From positions 103,040-167,039 of the forward strand of contig CALGEC010000047.1 in the NCBI GenBank assembly GCA_937881815.1: a DNA stretch of 64,000 nt. The letters run 5' to 3'. Source of the stretch: an uncultured Bacteroidales bacterium. GTDB taxonomy: Bacteria > Bacteroidota > Bacteroidia > Bacteroidales > P3. A model generated the notes under the pieces. It did not search any database and had not been told where the DNA came from. It was given only the letters and a program-made list of their open reading frames with translations. Numbering within the stretch: position 1 is the stretch's first letter; the number at the start of each line of letters is the position of its first letter. Positions 1 to 8,165 of this stretch are shown here, one piece after another. Position numbers and translations under genes: made by a program.

Positions 1-1150
1 GTTGTGTAGATGTTGCTCTTTCATGTACATATTCTTGTCCGTCAACAGAGAATCCCATTGGTCTCCAACGATAAGGACAAGCAAAAGGACCTGCTCCAAG
101 ATCTTTTGTCATATCCATAGGTGTTCCTTCGTAATGATCTCTCATCAATTCCATTACTTCTTTTACATCAAGTTGCTTTTCTGGTTTTATCCACAAAGGC
201 ATACGATTTTTTAAGTCGTGTCCCATTGCGTATTTTTCATATTTGATCATATCTTTATTGCAACGTAGGAAAGCAGCGTATACTCTAGCTTCGCAGCCTC
301 TTGCTCCTGAGAAATCAAGTGGTGCGTATGTGTCGCTAAATGAAAAATCTTTGTCTTCTCCTGTGTAATATCCTTTTAATCTTGCAAAAGTTATTACGTC
401 ATGTGAATAAACTACTTCTACTTCTGGACGGAAAATTTCTTTCATCTTTTTAGATGAGATTGATTTAAAGCTGCCTTTTGTTTCTTGTGCAAAGGTTGTG
501 ATTCTTGCATGATTGGCATGTCCTGATATATAACCATCTGGAACTCTCATTGCTACCCAAACTGCTCCTTTTGTCCAACGTTTGTCAATTTTTCCTTTTT
601 TATTGTAAACAGGAGCACCTTTTCCAATCAATTCCATTATCCATACTTCATTTTCATCTATGATTGAGAAACTTTCTCCTGATGAATAATATCCGTATGT
701 GTCAACAAATTCTGCTATTTGTTTGATTGCTTCTCTTGCATTCTTTGCTCTTTGAAGTGTAAGATAGATTAAACTTCCGTAGTCTATACCTCCTGTTGTA
801 TCTACTAACTCTTCTCTTCCTCCGTATGTGGTTTCTGCTATTGCTAAGCCCCATTGATTCATATTTCCTACGGTTGTGTAAGTGTTTGCAACTTGTGGAA
901 TTTGGATTAGAGGCTTTCCTGAATCCCAATCTATTACTTGAATCATTGTTCCTTCAGGATATTGTGCAGCTCTATTGTAATAAAGTTCTCCATATAAGGT
1001 ATGAGAATCTGCTGCATAGGTTACCATTGTTGAACCGTCTTTTGAGGCTCCTTTTGTTATAAGAAAGTTAGTGCAGGCAAAGCTATAATTTGCAAAGCAC
1101 ATAACTACTGCCATAAATAAGGCTGTTAATTTAATTTTATTGCTCTTCAT
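1..1150 (-). CDS. C69-family dipeptidase (PepD-like), N-terminal ~383 codons; 3' end lies beyond the window start
   Basis: Absent from the ORF track because it runs off the edge. My reverse-strand translation from ATG 1150-1148 stays open to position 1: MKSNKIKLTALFMAVVMCFANYSFA/CTNFLITKGASKDGSTMVTYAADSH...RPMGFSVDGQEYVHERATSTQ. A signal peptide followed by a Cys-Thr N-terminal nucleophile is typical of peptidase C69. Confidence 0.75.
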   Translation of the reverse strand, partial: MKSNKIKLTALFMAVVMCFANYSFACTNFLITKGASKDGSTMVTYAADSHTLYGELYYNRAAQYPEGTMIQVIDWDSGKPLIQIPQVANTYTTVGNMNQWGLAIAETTYGGREELVDTTGGIDYGSLIYLTLQRAKNAREAIKQIAEFVDTYGYYSSGESFSIIDENEVWIMELIGKGAPVYNKKGKIDKRWTKGAVWVAMRVPDGYISGHANHARITTFAQETKGSFKSISSKKMKEIFRPEVEVVYSHDVITFARLKGYYTGEDKDFSFSDTYAPLDFSGARGCEARVYAAFLRCNKDMIKYEKYAMGHDLKNRMPLWIKPEKQLDVKEVMELMRDHYEGTPMDMTKDLGAGPFACPYRWRPMGFSVDGQEYVHERATSTQ

Positions 1151-1163
1151 ATTTTAATTTATT

Positions 1164-1871
1164 TTAGTTTTCTACTACTGTTCCTATGTGTTCGCCTTTT
1201 ACAACCTTTTGAAGATTACCTTGTGTGTTCATATCAAAAACATATATCGGCATTTTGTTTTCTTGACAAAGTGCAAAGGCAGTTAAATCCATTATTTTTA
1301 ATTTTTTTGTCAAAGCTTCATCGTATGTTAATGAGCTATATTTTGTAGCCGTTGGGTCTTTTTCCGGGTCTGCTGTATAGACTCCATCTACTCTTGTACC
1401 TTTTAAAATCACATCGGCTTTCATTTCTATTGCTCTAAGCGTAGAAGCAGTATCGGTTGTAAAGTAAGGATTTCCTGTTCCTCCTGCTATTATAACGATT
1501 TTACCTTCTTCCAATGCTGAAATCATTCTTCTGCGAGATGTTTCTTTACAAATAGGTTCTATTGCTAAGCCTGACAATAATTCTGTTTTAAGTCCTTGTT
1601 GTTCAAGTTCGGCTTGCAAAGCCATACTATTGATTATTGTTGCCATCATTCCCATATAATCGCCTTGAACTCTATCCATACCTTTTGCAGCACCTTGTAA
1701 ACCACGGAAAATGTTGCCTCCACCAATCACTATTGCGATTTCAGCACCCAATTCTTTTGCTTGTTTTATTTCAAAAGCATATTGAGTTAGCATTTCTGGA
1801 CTAATGCCATACTCTTGTTTTCCCATAAGAGATTCTCCGCTTAATTTAAGCAATATTCTTTTGTATTTCAT
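1164..1871 (-). CDS. pyrH: UMP kinase
   Basis: 235 aa with typical UMP kinase motifs: KRILLKLSGESL, VIGGGNIFRG, GTGNPYFTTDTASTLRA, VDGVYTADP. Confidence 0.95.
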   Translation of the reverse strand: MKYKRILLKLSGESLMGKQEYGISPEMLTQYAFEIKQAKELGAEIAIVIGGGNIFRGLQGAAKGMDRVQGDYMGMMATIINSMALQAELEQQGLKTELLSGLAIEPICKETSRRRMISALEEGKIVIIAGGTGNPYFTTDTASTLRAIEMKADVILKGTRVDGVYTADPEKDPTATKYSSLTYDEALTKKLKIMDLTAFALCQENKMPIYVFDMNTQGNLQKVVKGEHIGTVVEN

Positions 1872-1887
1872 TTTTTATTTCTTCTAT

Positions 1888-3105
1888 TTATTTTGAAAAC
1901 ATACACGCATCGCCAAAGGAAAGAAACCTATAATTATTTTCTAACGCAAAGACGTAAACTTTTTTCCAATCCTGGCCAATCATTGCAGAGACAAGTAACA
2001 ATAAAGTGCTTTTTGGTTGATGAAAATTCGTAATCATACTATCTACAACTCGATATTGATAACCTGGAACTATCATTAATTGAGTTTGTCCTATCAAAAT
2101 CGATTTGTTTTCTTTTTCCATGCTATCCAATATAGCCTGTAAAGACTCTTTTGCAGAGATTTCACAAATTTCTTGATAGGGCTGCCACTGTTTTACATCT
2201 ATATCAGAGTATTTTCCACCGTTTTTCAAGACACTTACACCATGCCAATAAAGACTTTCAATCGTTCTGACAGAGGTAGTACCAACACACATTATTTTTT
2301 TACCAATAGCCTCAATCAGCTCTTTGATATTTTCTTTTTTCAACACAATTTGTTCTGTGTGCATAATGTGTTGATCGATTGTTTCTGTGCTTACGGGTTT
2401 GAAAGTGCCTGCTCCTACATGCAAAGTAACAAAACAAGTTTTCACACCTTTATCTGCAAGTCGTTTAAAGGTGTTTTCTGAAAAATGTAAGCCCGCTGTT
2501 GGCGCTGCGACCGAGCCTTCTTGATGTGCATAAATAGTTTGATAATCCTCCTTATCGCTTTCCTCATCTTTACGTTTAAGATACGGAGGCAATGGCACGT
2601 GTCCCATATATTGAAGCACTTCTGCAAAACTCAAATCCTCATTATCCCAAGAAAATTCCACAATCCAAGTTTCATTTTCTTGACAAAGACGTTTTACAGT
2701 AAGTGTTAATTGCTTTGAATCGCTAATAAACGACGAAGAAATAGTTTCCTGTTTCCATTTTTTGTTGTTTCCAACCAAGCATTTCCAAACACAACTACCC
2801 TTTTGTGCGTATGCCAATTGAATATCTTTATCCACAGGCTCCAAACAAAAGATTTCTATAACGGAACCGCTTTCTTTTTGAAACAACAAACGAGCATACA
2901 CTACTTTTGTATCGTTTAAGATCAAAAAAGTGTTGCTATCTAACAAATTTGCTATATCACAAAAATGATACTCTTCTATTTCTTTATCGAAATTCAAACA
3001 CAACAATTTTGCTTTATCCCTTTGCTTTAAAGGATACTTTGCAATATTCTCTTCTTTCAGGGGATAATCAAAATCAGATATTCTAATTTCGACAGGATTG
3101 CACAT
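1888..3105 (-). CDS. queA: S-adenosylmethionine:tRNA ribosyltransferase-isomerase
   Basis: 405 aa with QueA-like motifs: PLPPYLKR, GSVAAPTAGLHF, VGTTSVRTIES, FHQPKSTLLLLVSA. Somewhat longer than the usual ~350 aa. Confidence 0.9.
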   Translation of the reverse strand: MCNPVEIRISDFDYPLKEENIAKYPLKQRDKAKLLCLNFDKEIEEYHFCDIANLLDSNTFLILNDTKVVYARLLFQKESGSVIEIFCLEPVDKDIQLAYAQKGSCVWKCLVGNNKKWKQETISSSFISDSKQLTLTVKRLCQENETWIVEFSWDNEDLSFAEVLQYMGHVPLPPYLKRKDEESDKEDYQTIYAHQEGSVAAPTAGLHFSENTFKRLADKGVKTCFVTLHVGAGTFKPVSTETIDQHIMHTEQIVLKKENIKELIEAIGKKIMCVGTTSVRTIESLYWHGVSVLKNGGKYSDIDVKQWQPYQEICEISAKESLQAILDSMEKENKSILIGQTQLMIVPGYQYRVVDSMITNFHQPKSTLLLLVSAMIGQDWKKVYVFALENNYRFLSFGDACMFSK

Positions 3106-3114
3106 ATTGTTGTA

Positions 3115-3366
3115 TTAAGCCTTTTCTATTTTAAAAGTATAATACTCCATAATAGGATTATGCAACAATTCCTTGCAAGCTTTTTCAACTTTTGTTGCTG
3201 CTTCCTCTTCGTTTGCAGCCTCAATGCTTAAAGTAATATGTTTTCCTATTCTAACATTGGTAATAACTCCAAGTCCCATATTTTTAAGGCTTGAACCAAC
3301 TGCTTTTCCTTGTGGATCTAATAATGCTTTCAAAGGCATTACATCTATTTCTGCTCTATATTCCAT
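3115..3366 (-). CDS. purS: phosphoribosylformylglycinamidine synthase subunit PurS
   Basis: 83 aa with the PurS pattern: VMPLKALLDPQGKAVGSSL ... VRIGKHITL. Confidence 0.85.
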   Translation of the reverse strand: MEYRAEIDVMPLKALLDPQGKAVGSSLKNMGLGVITNVRIGKHITLSIEAANEEEAATKVEKACKELLHNPIMEYYTFKIEKA

Positions 3367-4120
3367 TTTTAAATAAATTTGATATTAAAGAAACGATTAT
3401 ATACATTAACACTATAAAAGGTATAGCAAAACAATTAAATAAGAAAATTAGCAAAATACTAATTACCAAAAATATAAATCTTACTTTATTGTCTTGCCAT
3501 GTAAAATTCTTAAATTTAAACGAAAACATACTAATAGGAGCAACTAACATAACACCCATTATTATGCTAAACACTATAATAAACCAAGGATTCAAAAGAA
3601 TATCTACCAAGGTTGAATAAATTTCTTGTTGATAAACACCCCATAAATGAATCTTTTGATCAGACAAATAAGCCAAAACAGGCAAACTCAACCACAAAAG
3701 AGCATTTGCAGGTGTAGGAAGTCCAATGAAATTCACACTTTGCCTTTCATCAACATTGAAATTAGCCAAGCGATAAGAAGACATAAGCACCATAAACAAA
3801 GGAATAAGACACAAAACATTAGCTATCAATAAAGAATAATGATTAGCAATAAGACTATCCTTTAAAACCTCAACCATAATCAAAGAAGGAGCAAGCCCAA
3901 AGGTTACAACATCAGACAAAGAGTCTAATTCCTTACCAATTGCCGAAGTAACTTTTAACAATCTTGCAGTTAAGCCATCACAAAAATCAAATATAGCTCC
4001 CAAAACTATGAAAATAGATGGAAGTAGTGCATTATCCGACACATAAAGGAAGTATATGGAAAGCGTTCCACATAAAAGATTAGCTAATGTTATACAATTC
4101 GGTATATGTTTCTTTATCAT
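3356..4120 (-). CDS. pssA: CDP-diacylglycerol--serine O-phosphatidyltransferase (CDP-alcohol phosphatidyltransferase family)
   Basis: 254 aa polytopic membrane protein. DFCDGLTARLLKVTSAIGKELDSLSD fits the CDP-alcohol transferase motif DG(x)2AR(x)8G(x)3D(x)3D. Confidence 0.8.
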   Translation of the reverse strand: MIKKHIPNCITLANLLCGTLSIYFLYVSDNALLPSIFIVLGAIFDFCDGLTARLLKVTSAIGKELDSLSDVVTFGLAPSLIMVEVLKDSLIANHYSLLIANVLCLIPLFMVLMSSYRLANFNVDERQSVNFIGLPTPANALLWLSLPVLAYLSDQKIHLWGVYQQEIYSTLVDILLNPWFIIVFSIIMGVMLVAPISMFSFKFKNFTWQDNKVRFIFLVISILLIFLFNCFAIPFIVLMYIIVSLISNLFKNGI

Positions 4121-4128
4121 AATAGGTG

Positions 4129-4136
4129 CAAAGATA
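4129..4136 (-). promoter_or_regulatory. Bacteroidota -7 box TATCTTTG upstream of pssA (only 8 nt from the ATG, implying a near-leaderless mRNA)
   Basis: Plus strand caaagata equals TATCTTTG (TAnnTTTG) on the minus strand. Start codon at 4120-4118. Confidence 0.4.
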
Positions 4137-4164
4137 TGAAAAACTTTTAAAAATCTTAGTATTT

Positions 4165-4845
4165 TTATTTTTTCTCTGCTCTTAAAATCTCTCTTTTACC
4201 TTTTGGACCTGGTAATTTAGCGATAGAAAATCCTGCTTTTTTCATTCGTCTTTTTATTTCTCCCTTGCAACAATATGTTGTCAAGACTGCTCCTTGCTTA
4301 CAAGCATTATAAATCTTTTCCATCATATCTTCCGACCATAAATCAGAGTCTTTTTCGGGAGAAAAAGCATCAAAATAAACCACATCAAAGACATCTTTTC
4401 CAAAATCAAAATCACAAGCATTTGCCTCACACTTTTTAATTTTAAAATCAGGAGTAATTTCCACAATTTCTTCCCAATTGCATTTGTGAAGCAAATCAAA
4501 TTCTTTTTTTAAAGAAAGTATTTCTCCGTAATTAAGCTTTTCGGCTATTGAGAAAGAAATCGGATAAAGCTCTATTGTTTGATAGAAAATGCTTCTTTGA
4601 TTAGAATTTTTTAAAGTAGCAATAGCGTTTAATCCTGTGCCAAATCCTATTTCTAAAACATTGATTTGAGAAGAGTTGTTTAAACTGCAAAAGTAATTAT
4701 AGCCATAATCAATGTATATAGTATTTGTTTCACTCAAAGCACCAAAGTGAGAATGATAGCTTTCCTTTATATCTTTTCTTAAAAGCGAATTGCTACCATC
4801 TTCTGTTTTGAATACCTCTATTAAACTATCTTTTGCGTTTTCCAT
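4165..4845 (-). CDS. mnmD: tRNA (mnm5s2U34)-methyltransferase, MnmD / MnmC C-terminal-type SAM methyltransferase
   Basis: 226 aa. LEIGFGTGLN SAM motif, VYFDAFSPEKDSDLWSE and TYCCKGEIKRRMKKAGF resemble the MnmC methyltransferase (DUF752) domain. Confidence 0.7.
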   Translation of the reverse strand: MENAKDSLIEVFKTEDGSNSLLRKDIKESYHSHFGALSETNTIYIDYGYNYFCSLNNSSQINVLEIGFGTGLNAIATLKNSNQRSIFYQTIELYPISFSIAEKLNYGEILSLKKEFDLLHKCNWEEIVEITPDFKIKKCEANACDFDFGKDVFDVVYFDAFSPEKDSDLWSEDMMEKIYNACKQGAVLTTYCCKGEIKRRMKKAGFSIAKLPGPKGKREILRAEKK

Positions 4846-5666
4846 TCTCCGTCAAAATACCAAACGTATCTTTCTCCAATTTGTTTTAAATATTCTATTG
4901 ACTCATCAAAAAGCAAATCCACCTCATCTTTTTTATGACAATCGGTAGAAATTGTTAGAGGTATTTTCATATCACTTGCTTTCTTTATCCATTCTCTTCC
5001 CGGATAGAAATCATCATAGCGTTTTTTGTAAAGACCTCTTGTATTTATTTCACAAATTGAACCACTTTCCTTTATAGCCACAAGACACTCCATCATAAAA
5101 TCCTCAAACCACTTATCTTTTTGTGAAAAAAATCTTTCTTTATTGTGCATTTTTATTTTGTCAAAGTGCCCTACAACATCAGGCTTTTGAGTTTTTATCA
5201 TATTTAACACTTGTTGAAAATACGCCTCAACGCCTTCTCTTATGTTTCCTGAGAAAACCTCTTCTAATCCTTTGTCATATATTTCTCTATCGCTTCCGTC
5301 TATAAACCAAACCTTGTCATTAGTCTTCCCTTTCACAAAATGCACCGAACCAATGAAGTAATCCAAATCATATTCCTTTGACATCTCTCTTATATTCTCT
5401 TGTAAGGAATTGATATAGTCCATTTCCATGGAGATGAATAGCTTGATTTTGTCTTGATACTTTTCTTTTAAGAATTTAGCTGTGCTAAGATATTCTTCAA
5501 CTCTTTCTTTTTTCAAAGCAACCTTGCTTTCAAAACAAAGGGGTGAATGAGATGAAAATCCAAAGTAATGCAATCCTCTTTCAATAGAGGATAAAACCAT
5601 ATCTTCCATTGAATCTTTTCCATCACAGAAAAGAGAATGAGAATGATAATTAAACTTTTTTAGCAT
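4821..5666 (-). CDS. PHP-family histidinol-phosphatase (HisJ family)
   Basis: 281 aa. N-terminal HSHSLFCDGK metal-binding motif, with internal GSVHF and GHFD histidines typical of the PHP/HisJ fold. Overlaps the next gene by 25 nt. Confidence 0.65.
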   Translation of the reverse strand: MLKKFNYHSHSLFCDGKDSMEDMVLSSIERGLHYFGFSSHSPLCFESKVALKKERVEEYLSTAKFLKEKYQDKIKLFISMEMDYINSLQENIREMSKEYDLDYFIGSVHFVKGKTNDKVWFIDGSDREIYDKGLEEVFSGNIREGVEAYFQQVLNMIKTQKPDVVGHFDKIKMHNKERFFSQKDKWFEDFMMECLVAIKESGSICEINTRGLYKKRYDDFYPGREWIKKASDMKIPLTISTDCHKKDEVDLLFDESIEYLKQIGERYVWYFDGEWKTQKIV

Positions 5667-6907
5667 ATTCCTGTGCTTTCTACCAAATATAGTTTATCTC
5701 CTCTTCTTACAACGCCTTTTGTTGCAATTGAACAAAACTCTCCTTTGATTGTTTTTTCGGTTGGTTTTAAATCTACTCTGATTTCTTCTACTGTGTCTTC
5801 ATATACTCCTGTTGTAGTACCCATTATGTAGATGTTATCACCAACTTTCAATTCTCCTGTTTCGATTTTGATTTCTGCAACAGAGATATTTTTAAAGTAA
5901 TTAGTAACTGTGCCTATGAAAGTCTTCTTTGTAGTTGCTTGTGAGCCATATTTCTTTGTCCACTCGCCAACTCTTTGTCCTAAGTAATAGCCGTCCCAAA
6001 ATCCTCTATTGTAAACTTTCTTTAAGTCTTCGTTCCATTTTTCTAATTTATCTTCACTCCATTCTCCATTAAGCCATGCTTGTGCTGCTTCTTTATATAC
6101 TCGTGTTACAACTTTGACATATTCTGGACTTCTGCCTCTTCCTTCAATTTTTAATACTCTTACGCCTGCGTCAAGCACCTTATCTAAAAAGTTTAAGGTC
6201 TTTAAATCTTTTGGAGACATGATATATTGATTGTCTATCATAAGTTCTGTGCCTCCATCTAAGTCTGTAACCTTGTAAGGACGACGACAGAATTGTAAAC
6301 AAGCACCTCTGTTTGCCGATTGATTAGCATTGTCTAATGAAATATAGCATTTTCCACTTACTGCCATACATAAAGCTCCGTGTACAAAGCATTCTATTTC
6401 CAATGTGCGACCACTCGGACCTTTTATGTTGTTTTCTCTTATCCAAGTAGTAATATCTTTAACTTTGTCAAGAGAAAGTTCGCGAGCAGTAACGATTACG
6501 TCTGCAAATTGTGAGAAAAATTTCACTGCCTCACGGTTTGTTATGTTGCATTGTGTAGAAAGATGCACTTCTAAATTGATTGAGCGAGCATAACTAATGA
6601 CTGCCAAATCTGCTGCTATGACTGCTGAAACTCCACTTTGCTTTGCAGCATTTAAAATCTCTTGCATATAACCTAATTCGCTGTCATAGACAATCGTATT
6701 TAAGGTTAAATAGGTCTTTACGCCATTTTGACTTGCTATGTCTGCAATATTTTTTAAGTCTTCTATCGTAAAATTATTTGCAGAGCGAGAACGCATATTC
6801 AATCCTTCAACTCCAAAATATACACTATCGGCTCCTGCTTCTATTGCTGCATAAAGAGCTTCGTAAGAGCCCACTGGGGACATTATTTCTACTTTATTCT
6901 TTGTCAT
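5660..6907 (-). CDS. peptidase U32 family protein
   Basis: 415 aa. U32 hallmarks EIECFVHGALCMAVSGKCYIS and LKIEGRGRSPEYV. Confidence 0.85.
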   Translation of the reverse strand: MTKNKVEIMSPVGSYEALYAAIEAGADSVYFGVEGLNMRSRSANNFTIEDLKNIADIASQNGVKTYLTLNTIVYDSELGYMQEILNAAKQSGVSAVIAADLAVISYARSINLEVHLSTQCNITNREAVKFFSQFADVIVTARELSLDKVKDITTWIRENNIKGPSGRTLEIECFVHGALCMAVSGKCYISLDNANQSANRGACLQFCRRPYKVTDLDGGTELMIDNQYIMSPKDLKTLNFLDKVLDAGVRVLKIEGRGRSPEYVKVVTRVYKEAAQAWLNGEWSEDKLEKWNEDLKKVYNRGFWDGYYLGQRVGEWTKKYGSQATTKKTFIGTVTNYFKNISVAEIKIETGELKVGDNIYIMGTTTGVYEDTVEEIRVDLKPTEKTIKGEFCSIATKGVVRRGDKLYLVESTGIC

Positions 6908-6926
6908 AATTTCATATAATATTTTG

Positions 6927-6934
6927 CAAAGTTA
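6927..6934 (-). promoter_or_regulatory. -7 box TAACTTTG upstream of the U32 peptidase operon
   Basis: Plus strand caaagtta. 19 nt lie between the box and ATG 6907. Confidence 0.55.
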
Positions 6935-6950
6935 CAAAAAGAAAAAAAAC

Positions 6951-7020
6951 TCTTTGATTTTAAAAATTTTTTCTTTGCTTTTTTTATTTTTTTCTTTGCT
7001 TTTTTTCAAAAAATCAAAGA
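6951..7020. repeat. 11-bp inverted repeat (tctttgatttt / aaaatcaaaga) bracketing the 21-nt tandem repeat
   Basis: Left arm 6951-6961 and right arm 7010-7020 are perfect complements. Confidence 0.8.
6966..7007. repeat. tandem direct repeat, 2 x 21 nt (T6-7 CTTTG C T7)
   Basis: 6966-6986 attttttctttgcttttttta versus 6987-7007 tttttttctttgctttttttc; they differ at the first and last positions (19/21 identical). Confidence 0.85.
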
Positions 7021-7031
7021 CTTTTTTTCTT

Positions 7032-7039
7032 TATCTTTG
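7032..7039 (+). promoter_or_regulatory. -7 box TATCTTTG upstream of the ECF sigma gene
   Basis: Exact TAnnTTTG on the plus strand, 51 nt before ATG 7091. Confidence 0.55.
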
Positions 7040-7090
7040 TGTAACATTTTTCTAAGTAAAACGACTACTTTACAAAGCACAATTTTTAAA

Positions 7091-7576
7091 ATGAAGATTG
7101 AAGAATTTAAAAAAACAATTACTACTTATCAACCTAAATTACACGCTTTTGCAAATTCTATTCTAAGAAATGATTTTGCAAGTGAGGATATTGTGCAGGA
7201 AGTTTTTTGTTTTCTTTGGGAAAAACGAGAGAAAATAAATACTATTGATAATATTGAGGCTTTTCTTGTACACATTTGCAAATGTAAGTGTGTGGATTAT
7301 TTAAGAAAAACAAAAAAAGAGGTCTTGGAAGAGGAGATTATGAATTTGAATTATGAAGAATTTAATGAAGATAGTGAAGAAAGATATAATAGACTCCTTA
7401 AACTAATAAATCAACTTCCCGAAAACCAACAAGAGTTATTGCGTCAAAAATATTTTAACAATAAAAGAATAAGAGAAATTTCAAAAGAAACAGGAATGAG
7501 TGAGGGAAATATTCGTACAACACTTTCGCGTGCTTACACAAGATTAAGAGATTTAATAACGAAAACAAAAATCTAA
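7091..7576 (+). CDS. ECF (sigma-70 group 4) RNA polymerase sigma factor
   Basis: Region 2 (EDIVQEVFCFLWEK) and region 4 HTH (ISKETGMSEGNIRTTLSRAYTRLR). The track ORF starts at 7037, but a TATCTTTG -7 box at 7032-7039 overlaps that ATG, so I prefer ATG 7091 (MKIEEFKK). Confidence 0.85.
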   Translation: MKIEEFKKTITTYQPKLHAFANSILRNDFASEDIVQEVFCFLWEKREKINTIDNIEAFLVHICKCKCVDYLRKTKKEVLEEEIMNLNYEEFNEDSEERYNRLLKLINQLPENQQELLRQKYFNNKRIREISKETGMSEGNIRTTLSRAYTRLRDLITKTKI

Positions 7577-7579
7577 GTT

Positions 7580-8152
7580 ATGAAAAAAGAAGATAAAGAA
7601 TTGATAGAGTTGTTTGCTTCTATAAAACAACATCAAAAAAATATTGAAAGACAAGAAAAGATTTTTTCTGCAATAGAAGAAAAAGCAAAACAAAGTAAGA
7701 GGAAAAAAACTATTGTGTTTTGGTCGTCTATTTCTTCAATTGCTGCTTGTTTTTGTATAGTTTGGTTTACTTACTCTCCTATTGACAATAGCGAAACTAT
7801 TATCGAAAATAAGCCTATTGCAAAAAATATTGTTGAAAAAAAGCAAGAGACAATTCCTGCAAAGAAAAGCGAGCCTATTGTAAGAGAAAAAAAGAAAATT
7901 ACGCCAATTGAAATCCCTCAAACAATAGAAGAAGAAATTATTATTGAACGAGATAGCACGATTGTTGAGCCTGAGCCAAAGCAAGAGGTGATTGAGGAGG
8001 AAGAAAAGGTAATTGAGCCAAAGATTGTAAGGATTGAAACCGATAAATTGATTTGCTATAAAAAGGAAAAGAAGAATAACTTAAATTTTTCTTTTGATTA
8101 CGCCAGACGAGAAAAGAAAGAATTATTTTTAATAGATTTTTCAAAAAGATAA
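7580..8152 (+). CDS. single-pass membrane protein, candidate anti-sigma factor
   Basis: Starts 4 nt after the sigma gene. 190 aa: short cytoplasmic N-terminus, one TM helix (VFWSSISSIAACFCIVWF), then a K/E/P/I-rich low-complexity tail. The call rests on position and topology only. Confidence 0.4.
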   Translation: MKKEDKELIELFASIKQHQKNIERQEKIFSAIEEKAKQSKRKKTIVFWSSISSIAACFCIVWFTYSPIDNSETIIENKPIAKNIVEKKQETIPAKKSEPIVREKKKITPIEIPQTIEEEIIIERDSTIVEPEPKQEVIEEEEKVIEPKIVRIETDKLICYKKEKKNNLNFSFDYARREKKELFLIDFSKR

Positions 8153-8165
8153 AAATTAGATTTAT

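Noticed and set aside
2-1062. Track ORFs 2-214 (+), 702-929 (-) and 796-1062 (+) at the left edge.
   Set aside because: They sit inside, or opposite to, the continuous 383-codon C69 dipeptidase frame (1-1150, minus), which the track omits because it has no stop in the window.
6966-7007. The 21-nt tandem repeat considered as a degenerate CRISPR or other array.
   Set aside because: There are only two directly abutting units, no spacers, no cas genes, and T-rich low complexity. It is better interpreted as a regulatory or repeat element (see findings).
7580-8152. The K/E/P-rich single-pass membrane protein considered as the missing TonB.
   Set aside because: It has a TonB-like topology and an EP/KP-type linker. 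However, only about 40 residues follow the linker, and these lack the conserved TonB C-terminal domain pattern. Its position directly after an ECF sigma gene favours an anti-sigma role.
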